Assembly: GCA_963662795.1 (NCBI GenBank)
Contig: OY759746.1
Span: 576,001-640,000 of the forward strand
Origin: Spirochaetia bacterium
Lineage (GTDB): Bacteria; Spirochaetota; Spirochaetia; CADAEX01
DNA: 64,000 nucleotides
Direction: 5' to 3'
In this document: piece after piece, positions 20,469 to 30,103 of the stretch
Numbering within the stretch: the first letter of the stretch is position 1
Layout: each line of letters opens with the position of its first letter
The notes under the pieces: generated by a model
Seen by the model: the letters and a program-made list of their open reading frames with translations, nothing else
Told to the model about the DNA's origin: nothing
Database searches by the model: none
Position numbers and translations under genes: made by a program

Positions 20469-23400
20469 TACCGCTCCTTCCCGTAAAAAATGTCACCTGA
20501 ATTGCGCACCATCCTTAAGTCATCAGCACGGGACCTGCTTATCTTCGCCCTGAAGAAATCATATCTTTTTATCTCATCCGGCCGGTAGGTTGTCCTTCCC
20601 CCTTTCAGGGGATTCAATACCTCGATTTCAGAAATAACCTTGCTCCCCTCTTTATCTGTAATGGTATTAAAATCCTTAAGTACCATAAAATGGGTGCCGG
20701 TCGATACACGGACAGATTCAGGCGAGCCTGAATACTTTCCCGCTTCAAGTATTCTGATAATTGTGTTGTCTGAATAATCCTCTGTTGAAAGGGTAGCAAA
20801 ACTGAAGCTGTATTTTCCTTCCGTGAGGATATTTAAGGCCTTGCTTGAATCTGTATAGAGAAGATTTCCTTCCGTGAACTGTTTTTCCTTTTTAAGGATT
20901 TCATTGGCATCCCTTCCATCAATTTTATTGCCGGTGAGCGTCTGCTGTATGTAAAGGAGTGTATAGAGGTTGCAGCCTGCCTCAGATATGGATTCATTTT
21001 TGTATAGGTCGATTTTATATTTCTTTTGTGTTTTATCATCATTCTTCCAGAGTGAAATAAAATCATCTTTGCAATAACTTTCACCAGGTATTCCGTTATC
21101 TGTCAGGAATTTCTGATACTGCACCTCAAACCTCGCCCCGTTCACCTCGCTCTCGTCATACCCCAGCGTTGCGTTGCTGTTTACGATGCCGCTGTTCTGC
21201 TTAAGGCCGAAATCCTTAAAATCAGGAAAATAGTTGTCACTGTCGCTGTTGTATGATGCAGATGCATAAGCCTTGAACAAATCAATATTGCCGCTCTCAA
21301 GCGCAAGCTCAAGCAGCTTTGCCTCAACTGCGAGATGAGGATTGCTTTCAGCAAAACCTGCATATTCTTTTCCGATATCACCTGCCATGACTGTGTGGGC
21401 AAGTACTGCGTTTAAAGTTTCTTCCGTCTGTTCAGCCCCGCTGCCGGCAATTCCGTCACGGTGAGCCTCATGCCCGAGAAGGACCGCAAGTTCAAGCGAG
21501 CTGTAAAGGCTGCCGGCCCCGCTTTTAACCCTTATGTCCCTTCCTCCCCGGTTTGCGTTATAAACAGTCTGCGCGCTCCCCTTAATTGAATCATCAATGA
21601 CAAGCGCGTTTTTGCCGGATAGCAAGTTTTCAAACAGGATACCTGCCTCTTCATCACGCCTGTTTGAATAAAGGCCCCTCATGCTTACTGCGTTTTCCCT
21701 TATATTCTCTTCCCCTGACGCGTATATCCTTCCGTTCTGGTGCCAGACTTCAAGCCCTTTCACCGAAGAGGCTGTATTTGAAACGCTTATATTCTGCCCA
21801 TCCATCCCTATGTTTAAAATATTTCCTCCGCTCCCAATCCCCAGTTCAAGCAGTCCTGTATTTCCGAACCCGAAATCGGAAGAATTAAGGATATTGAGCT
21901 TAACCTTCCCTGTCCGGCTGTATTCCCACATTGATGCGGCTGAAGATGCGATTGTGCTGTCAAGCGCCCTCCCTTTTTCGAGCGAAGCGCCGTAAAAACC
22001 TGTAAGAGTGCTGTCAAGCGCCGCAGAACCCATACTGCAAATATATCCGGCAGCAGCGCCCGCGCCCAAAAGGCTGTTTCTGCTGTTCTTCTCAAAATCC
22101 TTTAAATCAAAGTATAATCCATCTGAATTCAATGCAAAAGAATTTATTCCGGCAGATGCAAGATTTGAGGCGCTGTTTCTAAGCCCCGCTTTTGCGGATG
22201 CGGTTATAAAACTGTTTTCGGTATATGCCGGCTTTCCAATGCCTGATATTCCTGCCGAAGCAAGACTCACGGCGGCGCTCCTTCCAAGCGACAGCACCCC
22301 TTCATCCCAGTCCGTAATACCGTAACCGGCATCAAGTGCCGCAAATGCTGCGTCATCCGCCAGATTAAGCGCTAAAGAGGTAAAAAGACCGGCGCCGCCT
22401 GAGGCGATGCTCATCGCGATATTTGCGGCACTTCTCGCGCTTGGAGCACCGAGGAGGGTATCTGATTTGCCGTCATTGTTTTTATCATCATCCCACATCT
22501 TCCGGCTGTACCATGGCTGGTCTATTGCTGCAAGACCCCGTCCGAGCCGGGCCTCGTTTCTCAGGTAAAGCTCATATATCCTTCCGTATTCACCATAGCC
22601 TTCCTTACTGACCTTTTCAGGGTTTTTCTCACTCATTAAAGGGGCATAACCAAGATGCATATAAAAGAGCCCGCTAATATTTCTGTATTCTTCATACCGG
22701 CCTGAAGTTTTATACTTCCCTTCCAGTCTTTTTGTATACTCAAGGAAATCCTCATCAAAACCGCTCCATTTTTCTGCTTCTCCCGAATCTGTTTTTCCAA
22801 AAATCAGCTCAGAGTACCGAGAAAGATTTTTTACCGCTTTATCAATTTTAAGCTCAATCTCACAGGCTCCCGACATTGCAAGCGAGTCCCTGTCAAGGTC
22901 AACACCGATATCGAAATCAGGTGCAGCAAAATATCTGTACCCTTCTATCTCCTGCCGCTCATTCTCAATTCCACCTAAAAGTGAAATATCAATTATTGCG
23001 CTTCGCGAAAATATATTTCCTTTCCTCTTATACGCTTTTCCCTCAAGAGTGTCCGACAGCTGCTTGGTGCTTTTAATATTTGCTGTTTCTATATTTTCCC
23101 TTATGCTGTCCTCAATTTCAGTAATTACCTTTGCCGTCTTCATACCGGTAAGAAGCGCTCCCCTCTTTCTTATATCTTCTGTTATTTTTTTCTGATAGTT
23201 TTCAAGGGCAGCGGCTGAACCGGAAAACGTACATACATCAGGCAGATATGATGCGATAAAAGTTTTATCATTTCCAATTCCTTGAGTATGGTATCTTGCA
23301 GATTCGGCAAGAGAGCTTAAAAGAACGCTGTCTGTAACTTCCTCAACAATGCCGTCGAGGTCCACGTTATTTGTATTCACTGCAGGAACAAAGGTAAATT

Positions 23401-26400
23401 CAGCTGCTGAAATCAACTCATCCGCCCTTATTCCGCTTTTGCGGGCAAGGCTTTCCCCTGTGCCTTTTGCCGCGGAACATGAGAAATCATTAATCCATTC
23501 CTCCCTGCCTGAGACGAGAAAACTGTATTTGTCATTCCAGAGCTCCTCCATTCTCAAAGCTTCAAGCGAATATTCTTCCTGCCATTTTTTCCTTTGCTCC
23601 CTTATTGTATCAAAACTCCTGTTCCATTCAGAAATGCCGCATCTGTGAAGCTCCGACATCCTCTCCTGCCACTTTATTTCAGCATTTTGAATCTGCTGAT
23701 ACTCTGTTACAAAAGCATCCTCATTATTATCAATAAAATTCAGCATGCATGCCGTTAAAAGATTTACTGCGGAGCTGTTTCCTGATGCGAGGACCCTCTC
23801 CTTCCCTGAAAAGTCGACAAACGCAGATTCTTTTATTATCTCATATTCACCTGCCGCGCCGCTCTTCATGCTCCATGACGGGTTGTAGTACAAATCAATA
23901 TATTCCTTTTTGATATCATCAGCAGATATACTGCTTTCTTCCTCCATAAGGCAGAGATCTGCTTTTTTATTATTCCTTTCTTTTTCAAGCATCAGGGAAA
24001 GGGCCAATATAGATTCATCCAGTACGGCAATTTTTTTTTCATATTCAAAGGCAAGCCTTTCTGCCGCCGCATAACTGGTGGTCTTGCATTCACTCTCCAA
24101 TGACGAATATATATTTTCGGCATCGCCCGGAAAACCGTTTCCCGTTTCAGCGGGGGCTTTACCCACGGCCTTTTCAATTGAAATAACAAGTGAGCTGAAC
24201 GGAATGACAGATCCGTTCTCAGCGCTTCTTCCGGTAAGAAGCTCAATTTGATTATTGCATTTATCAAGGTTTTTCCGGTTTTCAAATGCTGCCATAACAG
24301 CATCAGATATTATTGTCCGCTCTTCCCCGCCATTGATATCAGCCATATTATGACGCATCCTGCTCATTTTAGAGGTAGTCCTTTCAAAAAAATTGCTTAC
24401 AGGATGTTTTTTCTTTATCTCTTTTTCTTCTTTTTTGGATTCATCCCAGAGATAATCATGGGCAATATGACCTGCATCCTTTCCGATAAATGACGTGTCA
24501 AAAACTACCCTGCCCGACAGCATCATTGTGCGGAAAAAACTGTACAGAAGAAAAAGATCACGGTCATTTTTTATGCTTTCAAGAACAGCTTCGGCAGATT
24601 CATCTGTATATTCTTCAGGATCGCAGTCTGCGTATTTTCCTTTTTTCAAAGTGCAGTAATTCTGGTCTGAATAAAGTGCAACATTGACCTTATCCTTGTA
24701 TTCGCTGTAAAAGGCTATTCCGAATTTTTTCAGGAGCGCAGAACCGGAAGCCCTCCCCCCGCTGAATAGACCATTCATCCAGTACCATGTATCTTTGCTG
24801 AAAATATTTCCCGCATCCTGACGTGAAAAATACTCTTCAGAAGCGCAGAGCAGTGACATTATATCATTGTATTCGGTGAAATCAGTTATTTGATAATTTT
24901 CTTCATCATCAGGCAGAGTAAACCGGTAATCATATATAAACAGCTCACTGACCGCATCCGTTATCTGCGAACATAATATACCTGATTTTTCTTCAAGCAC
25001 CATTATATCCCTTCCCAGCTGTGCGGCCCCGGCAGACAGGTAATTAAGGGAGCTTAAGGCTTCTCCCTTCTTTTCAAGAAGGTCAAGATATTCAGGGTCA
25101 AGGCATTCCATATACTCTTTTTTTTCGACACTATCCCTGATACCGCTAACTGCTTTATATATAAGGTCAGCGCGCTCATAATCATCCTTTTTTTCCTGCA
25201 GTACTGCAAGCGGATCTGTAAGGGGGAGCCGGTAGGGGGAGACAGCATAATCCATTATTTCCTGAGCAAGCTGGAGCGCATCAGATGCTTCCCTGTAATC
25301 TATATATGCGGTATCCGCCTCTGTTTTTTTTATCCTATAGGCGCCTGCAACAGCAGAAAGGTCAGACAGTGATTGTTCATATTCCGATAAAGCATAATCA
25401 AATGCTGCTTTCTTCTCATCAAGAGAAATTTTCAGATCAGCGACATTATTTTCAAAATATCCGGCTGTTTCAACTTCAAAACCGGCAAGCCTGTTTTCGA
25501 GATCAGAAAGTTTTGTCAAAGCAGATGCAGCTGATTTTTCAAGCGCAAGGACAGCTTCCCTTTTTTCTTCCGGGTTCCCGCAGGCAGCAAAGTCCTGCCC
25601 GTCTGAGCTGAGCGCGGAAAGAGAGAGGAGCAGCAGTTTTTCGAAGTTTGCCCTTTCCCTGTATCCTTCAGAAATATAAAGCGATCTTTCAAATGAAAGT
25701 TTTGCAGCGTTTACCGCATCACTCCCTTCAGAAACGTCAGACGCAACAGATGAGGCCATAATATTTTTTGCTTTTATTTCAGCAGCTGCAATATTGATCA
25801 GAATTTCTGTAATATAATCCGGCGCCCCGATTTCAAAAACTGATTCAAACAGCTCTGTTAAATCTTCTTCATCCTCAAGATCTGCGGTAAAACAGACACT
25901 CACGCCCCCTGCATCATCTCTTTCTATAACACCAAATATTTCAAACAGCGCTTCTGACAACCCTTCCCTTTCAGAATCAATATATGCTGAAGAAAGAGGG
26001 CGCCAGAGGGCAACAGCCCTTCTTTCCGCATCAAGAAGCATCAAATCACCTGATGACATTTCACCCCCGGAATAGTTTGCGCCGCTGCCGCCAGTCAGAG
26101 GATTTTCTGTATAATCCCCCTGAAGCAATGCAACTGCAGTTTCCTTCTCAAGCACCAGGCAGTCCTGTTGAATTTTTAGTTTTTCCCAGCAGGATAAAGC
26201 ATCTTCAGTGTTGCCGTCCAGAAAGAAAACTTCAAATGATTTAAAATCTGCTGATTCTGTATCAATTCCTGCCAGGGCAAGCTGCGCCTTTAGTTCTCCG
26301 ATACTTTCAGGATCACCGAAATCCGGTTCTATCCTGTAAAGGTTGTCCCTCCTGGCAAGAGCAGTTTCAAGATTTTCAATATTGTCAAATCGTGAAAGAC

Positions 26401-28561
26401 CGAGAAGATCCGCAAGAAGTTCGGAAGAGGTTTCAGAAATTTCCTCCCGCAGGGCATTTTCCATGCTTAAGAAATATTCATTCCAGGCTTCACATCTTTC
26501 TGATTCGTAAAAAAAATCGACATCTTCCCTTAAGTTTTCAATACTGCACTGAAGAAGCCCGGAATCCTTTAGTCTGAATATTTCCATGCTGTTTTCATAT
26601 TCAGCTTTCGCAGCCTGATATAGATAATCCGCCTCTTCAAGAATCTTTTTTTTCTCACTGACGTTTTCTTCTGCAGTGCTTAATCCGCTCTCAAGCAGAG
26701 AATCAAGATCTGAAATAATCAGGCTGTATTTTTTTTCATATTCATCAGACAGGGCAAGGGCTGCCCTGTAATTTTCTTCAGATTCTGCTTTTCTCTCCCT
26801 TTGAGATGTAAAATCGATGGAATAATCATAAACTGCCTGTGCAATTTCCAGCTGCCGGCAGAGCAGGTCTCTTTTTTCTTTCAGCAGCTCAAGTTCCATT
26901 TCAAACTCATCCCCGCCGTACGGGCTGTCTTCAATCCGCTTTTCAAGGGACAGGATTTCTGATTCAGCCCTTTCCATCCCTTCCCTGCAGCTGCCAGCTG
27001 CAGTGCTCCAGTATGAGTGTTCTGTAATATAGCCTGCCAGTTCATCATCCTTTGTATTGATGAGAACAAAAGCCCTTTCGTATTTCGATTGTAGATCCGG
27101 CAGCTGCATTTCGAGTTCGGTAATTCTGTTATTGAACAGCTTTACTGCTATTGCACGCCCTATATTGAGACTGCCGCTGCCATGTTCATCATCACCTGAA
27201 TCTTCGTTATCTTTAAGATTTTCAAGAGCATTTTTACACGAATCTATTTCCTTGTTTATATCTTCAATCTCACTTTCATATCTGTCTGCAGTTGCCTGTT
27301 TGCCTGCTTTCCATGCAGTAATTCTGTCGATTTCGCCCTTAAGCCAGGAAATATTAATTACAGCAGTTTCCCCGAGGCATCTGTTTTCACGGTACAGGGA
27401 CAGAAGCATATCAGCTTCCCTGTAAAACCTCTCTATCTCATTACGGGAAGCCTCTTCCATCTGCCTGGAAGCATTTTCCTGACAGGTGAAAAAATCAGTT
27501 TCTCTCTCCCTCCAGTAAGCTCTTCCTTCCTCCATGATTGTGCTCATCTCTGAAAGCCATCTGTCTCTGGCTATCGCCAGACTTCCGGCCGCCTCATCCC
27601 ACCTTTCTTCCGCTTTTATATAGCTTTCCTTTGCATCATATTCCCAGCTGAGTCTTTCCGACAGAAAAGATTTTTCGACGTTTTCCCATTTCTTTATTCC
27701 GATCTCAAATTCATTTTTATAGCTTTCCTCCCATTCCGATAATTCAGCATTTACCCTCTCTTCCGGCAGCGATGATATTGAATTCAAATCCTTCTCAAGA
27801 CGCTCTCGCGCTTCAGAGAGAGATACTTCAATCTCTTTTAAAGCATCAGATGCAGCTGATGACGCGCTGCTGTTTTCGCTTTCCTTTTTGAGAGAAAAAC
27901 TGTCAAGGCTTCTTTTTGTCAAAAAATATTTTTCTTTTTCAGTAAAAATATATTCAAATTCCTTTTTTATTTTCTCCCTGTACTCATTAAATGAAACAGT
28001 AAGGCGATTATTAAATTCTTCAGGACAATCATCGGAGAGCCGGGAAAGTTCATCATAAACAATACACACACTATTTTCCCAATCCTCGAATATACTGTTT
28101 AAGACAGAGCACACCTCATCATCCCAGAGTGTTTTATCAGATTCAAGCCCTGCTAATTTCTTAAACACCGGGTCCCTGTTGCTGTCAAAAATAATTTCCC
28201 CGTTTTCGGTATCATAAAGATATTTAATATTCAGCCTTTCTATTTCCTTAAGCAGAGTTTCAATGCCGGATGACGGCAGATCCTTCTCAATCTGTCTCAT
28301 CTTCCAGATACCATAACGCTTTGCCATCTCTGCCTCTGCAGAAGCCCTCTCTCCGGAGGAGAGATTATCAAACCCAGTCAGGGAAGTCCGCATCCAGCGG
28401 GCATCGCGTTCTTCCAGATCCGCCCTGTCAAAATACACTTTCATGTTCTGCGGGGAGGGACGATACGACAGATCAAAATTACGGACTGACTGGGCCCCTG
28501 TCTTACTGATAATTACTGAAAACAGCACAAGGACTGTTAATATTTTAAGGTTTTTATGCAT
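20468..28561 (-). CDS. Giant (~2697 aa) secreted coiled-coil protein with a C-terminal papain/C39-like domain; polymorphic-toxin-like
   Basis: ATG 28561 with AGGAGG RBS and a signal peptide, long acidic helical body, Gly/Ala/Ser-rich segment, LGHEAHRDG motif, and C-terminal GC...HFMV...LNP. Confidence 0.7.
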   Translation of the reverse strand: MHKNLKILTVLVLFSVIISKTGAQSVRNFDLSYRPSPQNMKVYFDRADLEERDARWMRTSLTGFDNLSSGERASAEAEMAKRYGIWKMRQIEKDLPSSGIETLLKEIERLNIKYLYDTENGEIIFDSNRDPVFKKLAGLESDKTLWDDEVCSVLNSIFEDWENSVCIVYDELSRLSDDCPEEFNNRLTVSFNEYREKIKKEFEYIFTEKEKYFLTKRSLDSFSLKKESENSSASSAASDALKEIEVSLSEARERLEKDLNSISSLPEERVNAELSEWEESYKNEFEIGIKKWENVEKSFLSERLSWEYDAKESYIKAEERWDEAAGSLAIARDRWLSEMSTIMEEGRAYWRERETDFFTCQENASRQMEEASRNEIERFYREADMLLSLYRENRCLGETAVINISWLKGEIDRITAWKAGKQATADRYESEIEDINKEIDSCKNALENLKDNEDSGDDEHGSGSLNIGRAIAVKLFNNRITELEMQLPDLQSKYERAFVLINTKDDELAGYITEHSYWSTAAGSCREGMERAESEILSLEKRIEDSPYGGDEFEMELELLKEKRDLLCRQLEIAQAVYDYSIDFTSQRERKAESEENYRAALALSDEYEKKYSLIISDLDSLLESGLSTAEENVSEKKKILEEADYLYQAAKAEYENSMEIFRLKDSGLLQCSIENLREDVDFFYESERCEAWNEYFLSMENALREEISETSSELLADLLGLSRFDNIENLETALARRDNLYRIEPDFGDPESIGELKAQLALAGIDTESADFKSFEVFFLDGNTEDALSCWEKLKIQQDCLVLEKETAVALLQGDYTENPLTGGSGANYSGGEMSSGDLMLLDAERRAVALWRPLSSAYIDSEREGLSEALFEIFGVIERDDAGGVSVCFTADLEDEEDLTELFESVFEIGAPDYITEILINIAAAEIKAKNIMASSVASDVSEGSDAVNAAKLSFERSLYISEGYRERANFEKLLLLSLSALSSDGQDFAACGNPEEKREAVLALEKSAASALTKLSDLENRLAGFEVETAGYFENNVADLKISLDEKKAAFDYALSEYEQSLSDLSAVAGAYRIKKTEADTAYIDYREASDALQLAQEIMDYAVSPYRLPLTDPLAVLQEKKDDYERADLIYKAVSGIRDSVEKKEYMECLDPEYLDLLEKKGEALSSLNYLSAGAAQLGRDIMVLEEKSGILCSQITDAVSELFIYDYRFTLPDDEENYQITDFTEYNDIMSLLCASEEYFSRQDAGNIFSKDTWYWMNGLFSGGRASGSALLKKFGIAFYSEYKDKVNVALYSDQNYCTLKKGKYADCDPEEYTDESAEAVLESIKNDRDLFLLYSFFRTMMLSGRVVFDTSFIGKDAGHIAHDYLWDESKKEEKEIKKKHPVSNFFERTTSKMSRMRHNMADINGGEERTIISDAVMAAFENRKNLDKCNNQIELLTGRSAENGSVIPFSSLVISIEKAVGKAPAETGNGFPGDAENIYSSLESECKTTSYAAAERLAFEYEKKIAVLDESILALSLMLEKERNNKKADLCLMEEESSISADDIKKEYIDLYYNPSWSMKSGAAGEYEIIKESAFVDFSGKERVLASGNSSAVNLLTACMLNFIDNNEDAFVTEYQQIQNAEIKWQERMSELHRCGISEWNRSFDTIREQRKKWQEEYSLEALRMEELWNDKYSFLVSGREEWINDFSCSAAKGTGESLARKSGIRADELISAAEFTFVPAVNTNNVDLDGIVEEVTDSVLLSSLAESARYHTQGIGNDKTFIASYLPDVCTFSGSAAALENYQKKITEDIRKRGALLTGMKTAKVITEIEDSIRENIETANIKSTKQLSDTLEGKAYKRKGNIFSRSAIIDISLLGGIENERQEIEGYRYFAAPDFDIGVDLDRDSLAMSGACEIELKIDKAVKNLSRYSELIFGKTDSGEAEKWSGFDEDFLEYTKRLEGKYKTSGRYEEYRNISGLFYMHLGYAPLMSEKNPEKVSKEGYGEYGRIYELYLRNEARLGRGLAAIDQPWYSRKMWDDDKNNDGKSDTLLGAPSARSAANIAMSIASGGAGLFTSLALNLADDAAFAALDAGYGITDWDEGVLSLGRSAAVSLASAGISGIGKPAYTENSFITASAKAGLRNSASNLASAGINSFALNSDGLYFDLKDFEKNSRNSLLGAGAAAGYICSMGSAALDSTLTGFYGASLEKGRALDSTIASSAASMWEYSRTGKVKLNILNSSDFGFGNTGLLELGIGSGGNILNIGMDGQNISVSNTASSVKGLEVWHQNGRIYASGEENIRENAVSMRGLYSNRRDEEAGILFENLLSGKNALVIDDSIKGSAQTVYNANRGGRDIRVKSGAGSLYSSLELAVLLGHEAHRDGIAGSGAEQTEETLNAVLAHTVMAGDIGKEYAGFAESNPHLAVEAKLLELALESGNIDLFKAYASASYNSDSDNYFPDFKDFGLKQNSGIVNSNATLGYDESEVNGARFEVQYQKFLTDNGIPGESYCKDDFISLWKNDDKTQKKYKIDLYKNESISEAGCNLYTLLYIQQTLTGNKIDGRDANEILKKEKQFTEGNLLYTDSSKALNILTEGKYSFSFATLSTEDYSDNTIIRILEAGKYSGSPESVRVSTGTHFMVLKDFNTITDKEGSKVISEIEVLNPLKGGRTTYRPDEIKRYDFFRAKISRSRADDLRMVRNSGDIFYGKER

Positions 28562-28698
28562 TTCAGCCTCCTGATTCAATCCGGATCCGGATGAGACCTG
28601 TTCTGTTTAAGTAAACAGGCAAAAAGGGGTGTTTAATTCAATTTTCACTTGAAAGATTCAGTTTTTTAACCCATATTTTCCTTAGCTGAGGCGCTAAG

Positions 28699-29208
28699 AT
28701 GAAAATTGGAACTGAACGGCTGCTGGTAAGAGGGCTTGAAGAAAAAGATGAATCTGATTATTTCGAAATATTCGGGAACCCGGCAATTTCAAGATATGAT
28801 GATTTTTCCCCTATCAAAGAAACTGAAGCACTGGAGAATATTCACGATATTATTGAGGCGTATAAAACCGAAGACTCTGAAAAAGAATATGGGGTAGAAC
28901 TTAAATCCGAAAAAAAGATTATCGGGGTTCTTTATCTAAACCTTGAAAACGGCATCTGGTTTACAGGATATCATTTCAACGAGAAATACCACGGCAAAGG
29001 CTACGCGGCAGAAGCTGTAAGCGCTTTTTTAAACGATCTGGAAAAAAGGACAGGAAGGGAGATCAGGGCAATCGTGGATCCGGAAAACAGGCCGTCCATC
29101 AAACTGCTTGAAAAACTTTCATTTGAATTCATGGAACAGAAAAGCAGGGAAAAGGAAGGTAAAGTTATTCACGAGTGCTTTTACAGGAAAAAGCCGGGGA
29201 AATTCTGA
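28699..29208 (+). CDS. GNAT (RimJ/RimL-type) N-acetyltransferase
   Basis: TERLLVR, YHGKGYAAEA, ENRPSIKLLEKL. Confidence 0.88.
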   Translation: MKIGTERLLVRGLEEKDESDYFEIFGNPAISRYDDFSPIKETEALENIHDIIEAYKTEDSEKEYGVELKSEKKIIGVLYLNLENGIWFTGYHFNEKYHGKGYAAEAVSAFLNDLEKRTGREIRAIVDPENRPSIKLLEKLSFEFMEQKSREKEGKVIHECFYRKKPGKF

Positions 29209-29277
29209 AAGTACGAACCTGAAACCGGGCAGAGTTTTGCCGGCAGTCATTTTTCAAAAGGCGGTATAATAAATAAT

Positions 29278-30048
29278 ATGAATATAATAATTACAAACGA
29301 TGACGGCATTTTCTCACCCGGCCTTGCCGCGGCGGCGGAAGCCGCATCCGGATACGGGGACCTTTTTATCGCGGCCCCTTCAAAACAGAAAACAGCTTCA
29401 GGACGGAGCCTTATCGGAGATAAGGATGATTTTTTCCATGAAACTCTCATAAATTACGGTAAGAAGAAGTTCAGGGCATTTCACATCGACTGTACGCCCG
29501 CCCTTGTTCTTAAAATGGCTTTTGAAACAGTATTCAGAGGGGTTAAATTTGATCTTGCGGTTTCAGGCATAAACTACGGTGAAAATATTGGTTCCGATGT
29601 GACGATATCAGGCACGCTCGGTGCAGCATTTGAAGCGGCATCTGTCGGAATACCCGCGATCGCAGCATCACTTCAAACCTCACTTGACAACCACTTTCAT
29701 TACGGGGATGAGAACTGGGAAAGCGCACTCTTTTTCCTGAAACAATATATAGGTATATTCAGCGAAAAAAGGACATTCAACAATTTCCAGATATTAAAGC
29801 TTGATGTCCCGTCCGGGGCGACAGCTGCCACACCCGCTGAAACTACAAGACTTACGGATAAACCATATTACAGAAATCTTGTTGAAAACGGGACTCCCTC
29901 TTCAAAGGTCTCTGAGCTTAAAGTAAGCATCAATAATGTAGAACACAATAAGGGGACAGACGCCCACACGCTGAATGTTAAAAAAATGGTATCACTTACC
30001 CCCCTCTCACAGGATTTTTCATCTCCTTCCGTAAGCCGGCTTTTCTGA
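29278..30048 (+). CDS. surE: 5'/3'-nucleotidase SurE
   Basis: ITNDDG, SGINYGEN, SGTLGAAFEA, VSLTPL. Confidence 0.92.
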   Translation: MNIIITNDDGIFSPGLAAAAEAASGYGDLFIAAPSKQKTASGRSLIGDKDDFFHETLINYGKKKFRAFHIDCTPALVLKMAFETVFRGVKFDLAVSGINYGENIGSDVTISGTLGAAFEAASVGIPAIAASLQTSLDNHFHYGDENWESALFFLKQYIGIFSEKRTFNNFQILKLDVPSGATAATPAETTRLTDKPYYRNLVENGTPSSKVSELKVSINNVEHNKGTDAHTLNVKKMVSLTPLSQDFSSPSVSRLF

Positions 30049-30103
30049 AAATACAAAAGAAGGGAGTTTATGCCGATTGAAATGAAGGGCGCTTTGGTAT
30101 AAC

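Noticed and set aside
28579-28592. Perfect palindrome ATCCGGATCCGGAT upstream of the giant gene
   Set aside because: Single occurrence, and CCGG/TCCGGA words are frequent throughout the window; no support for an operator role.
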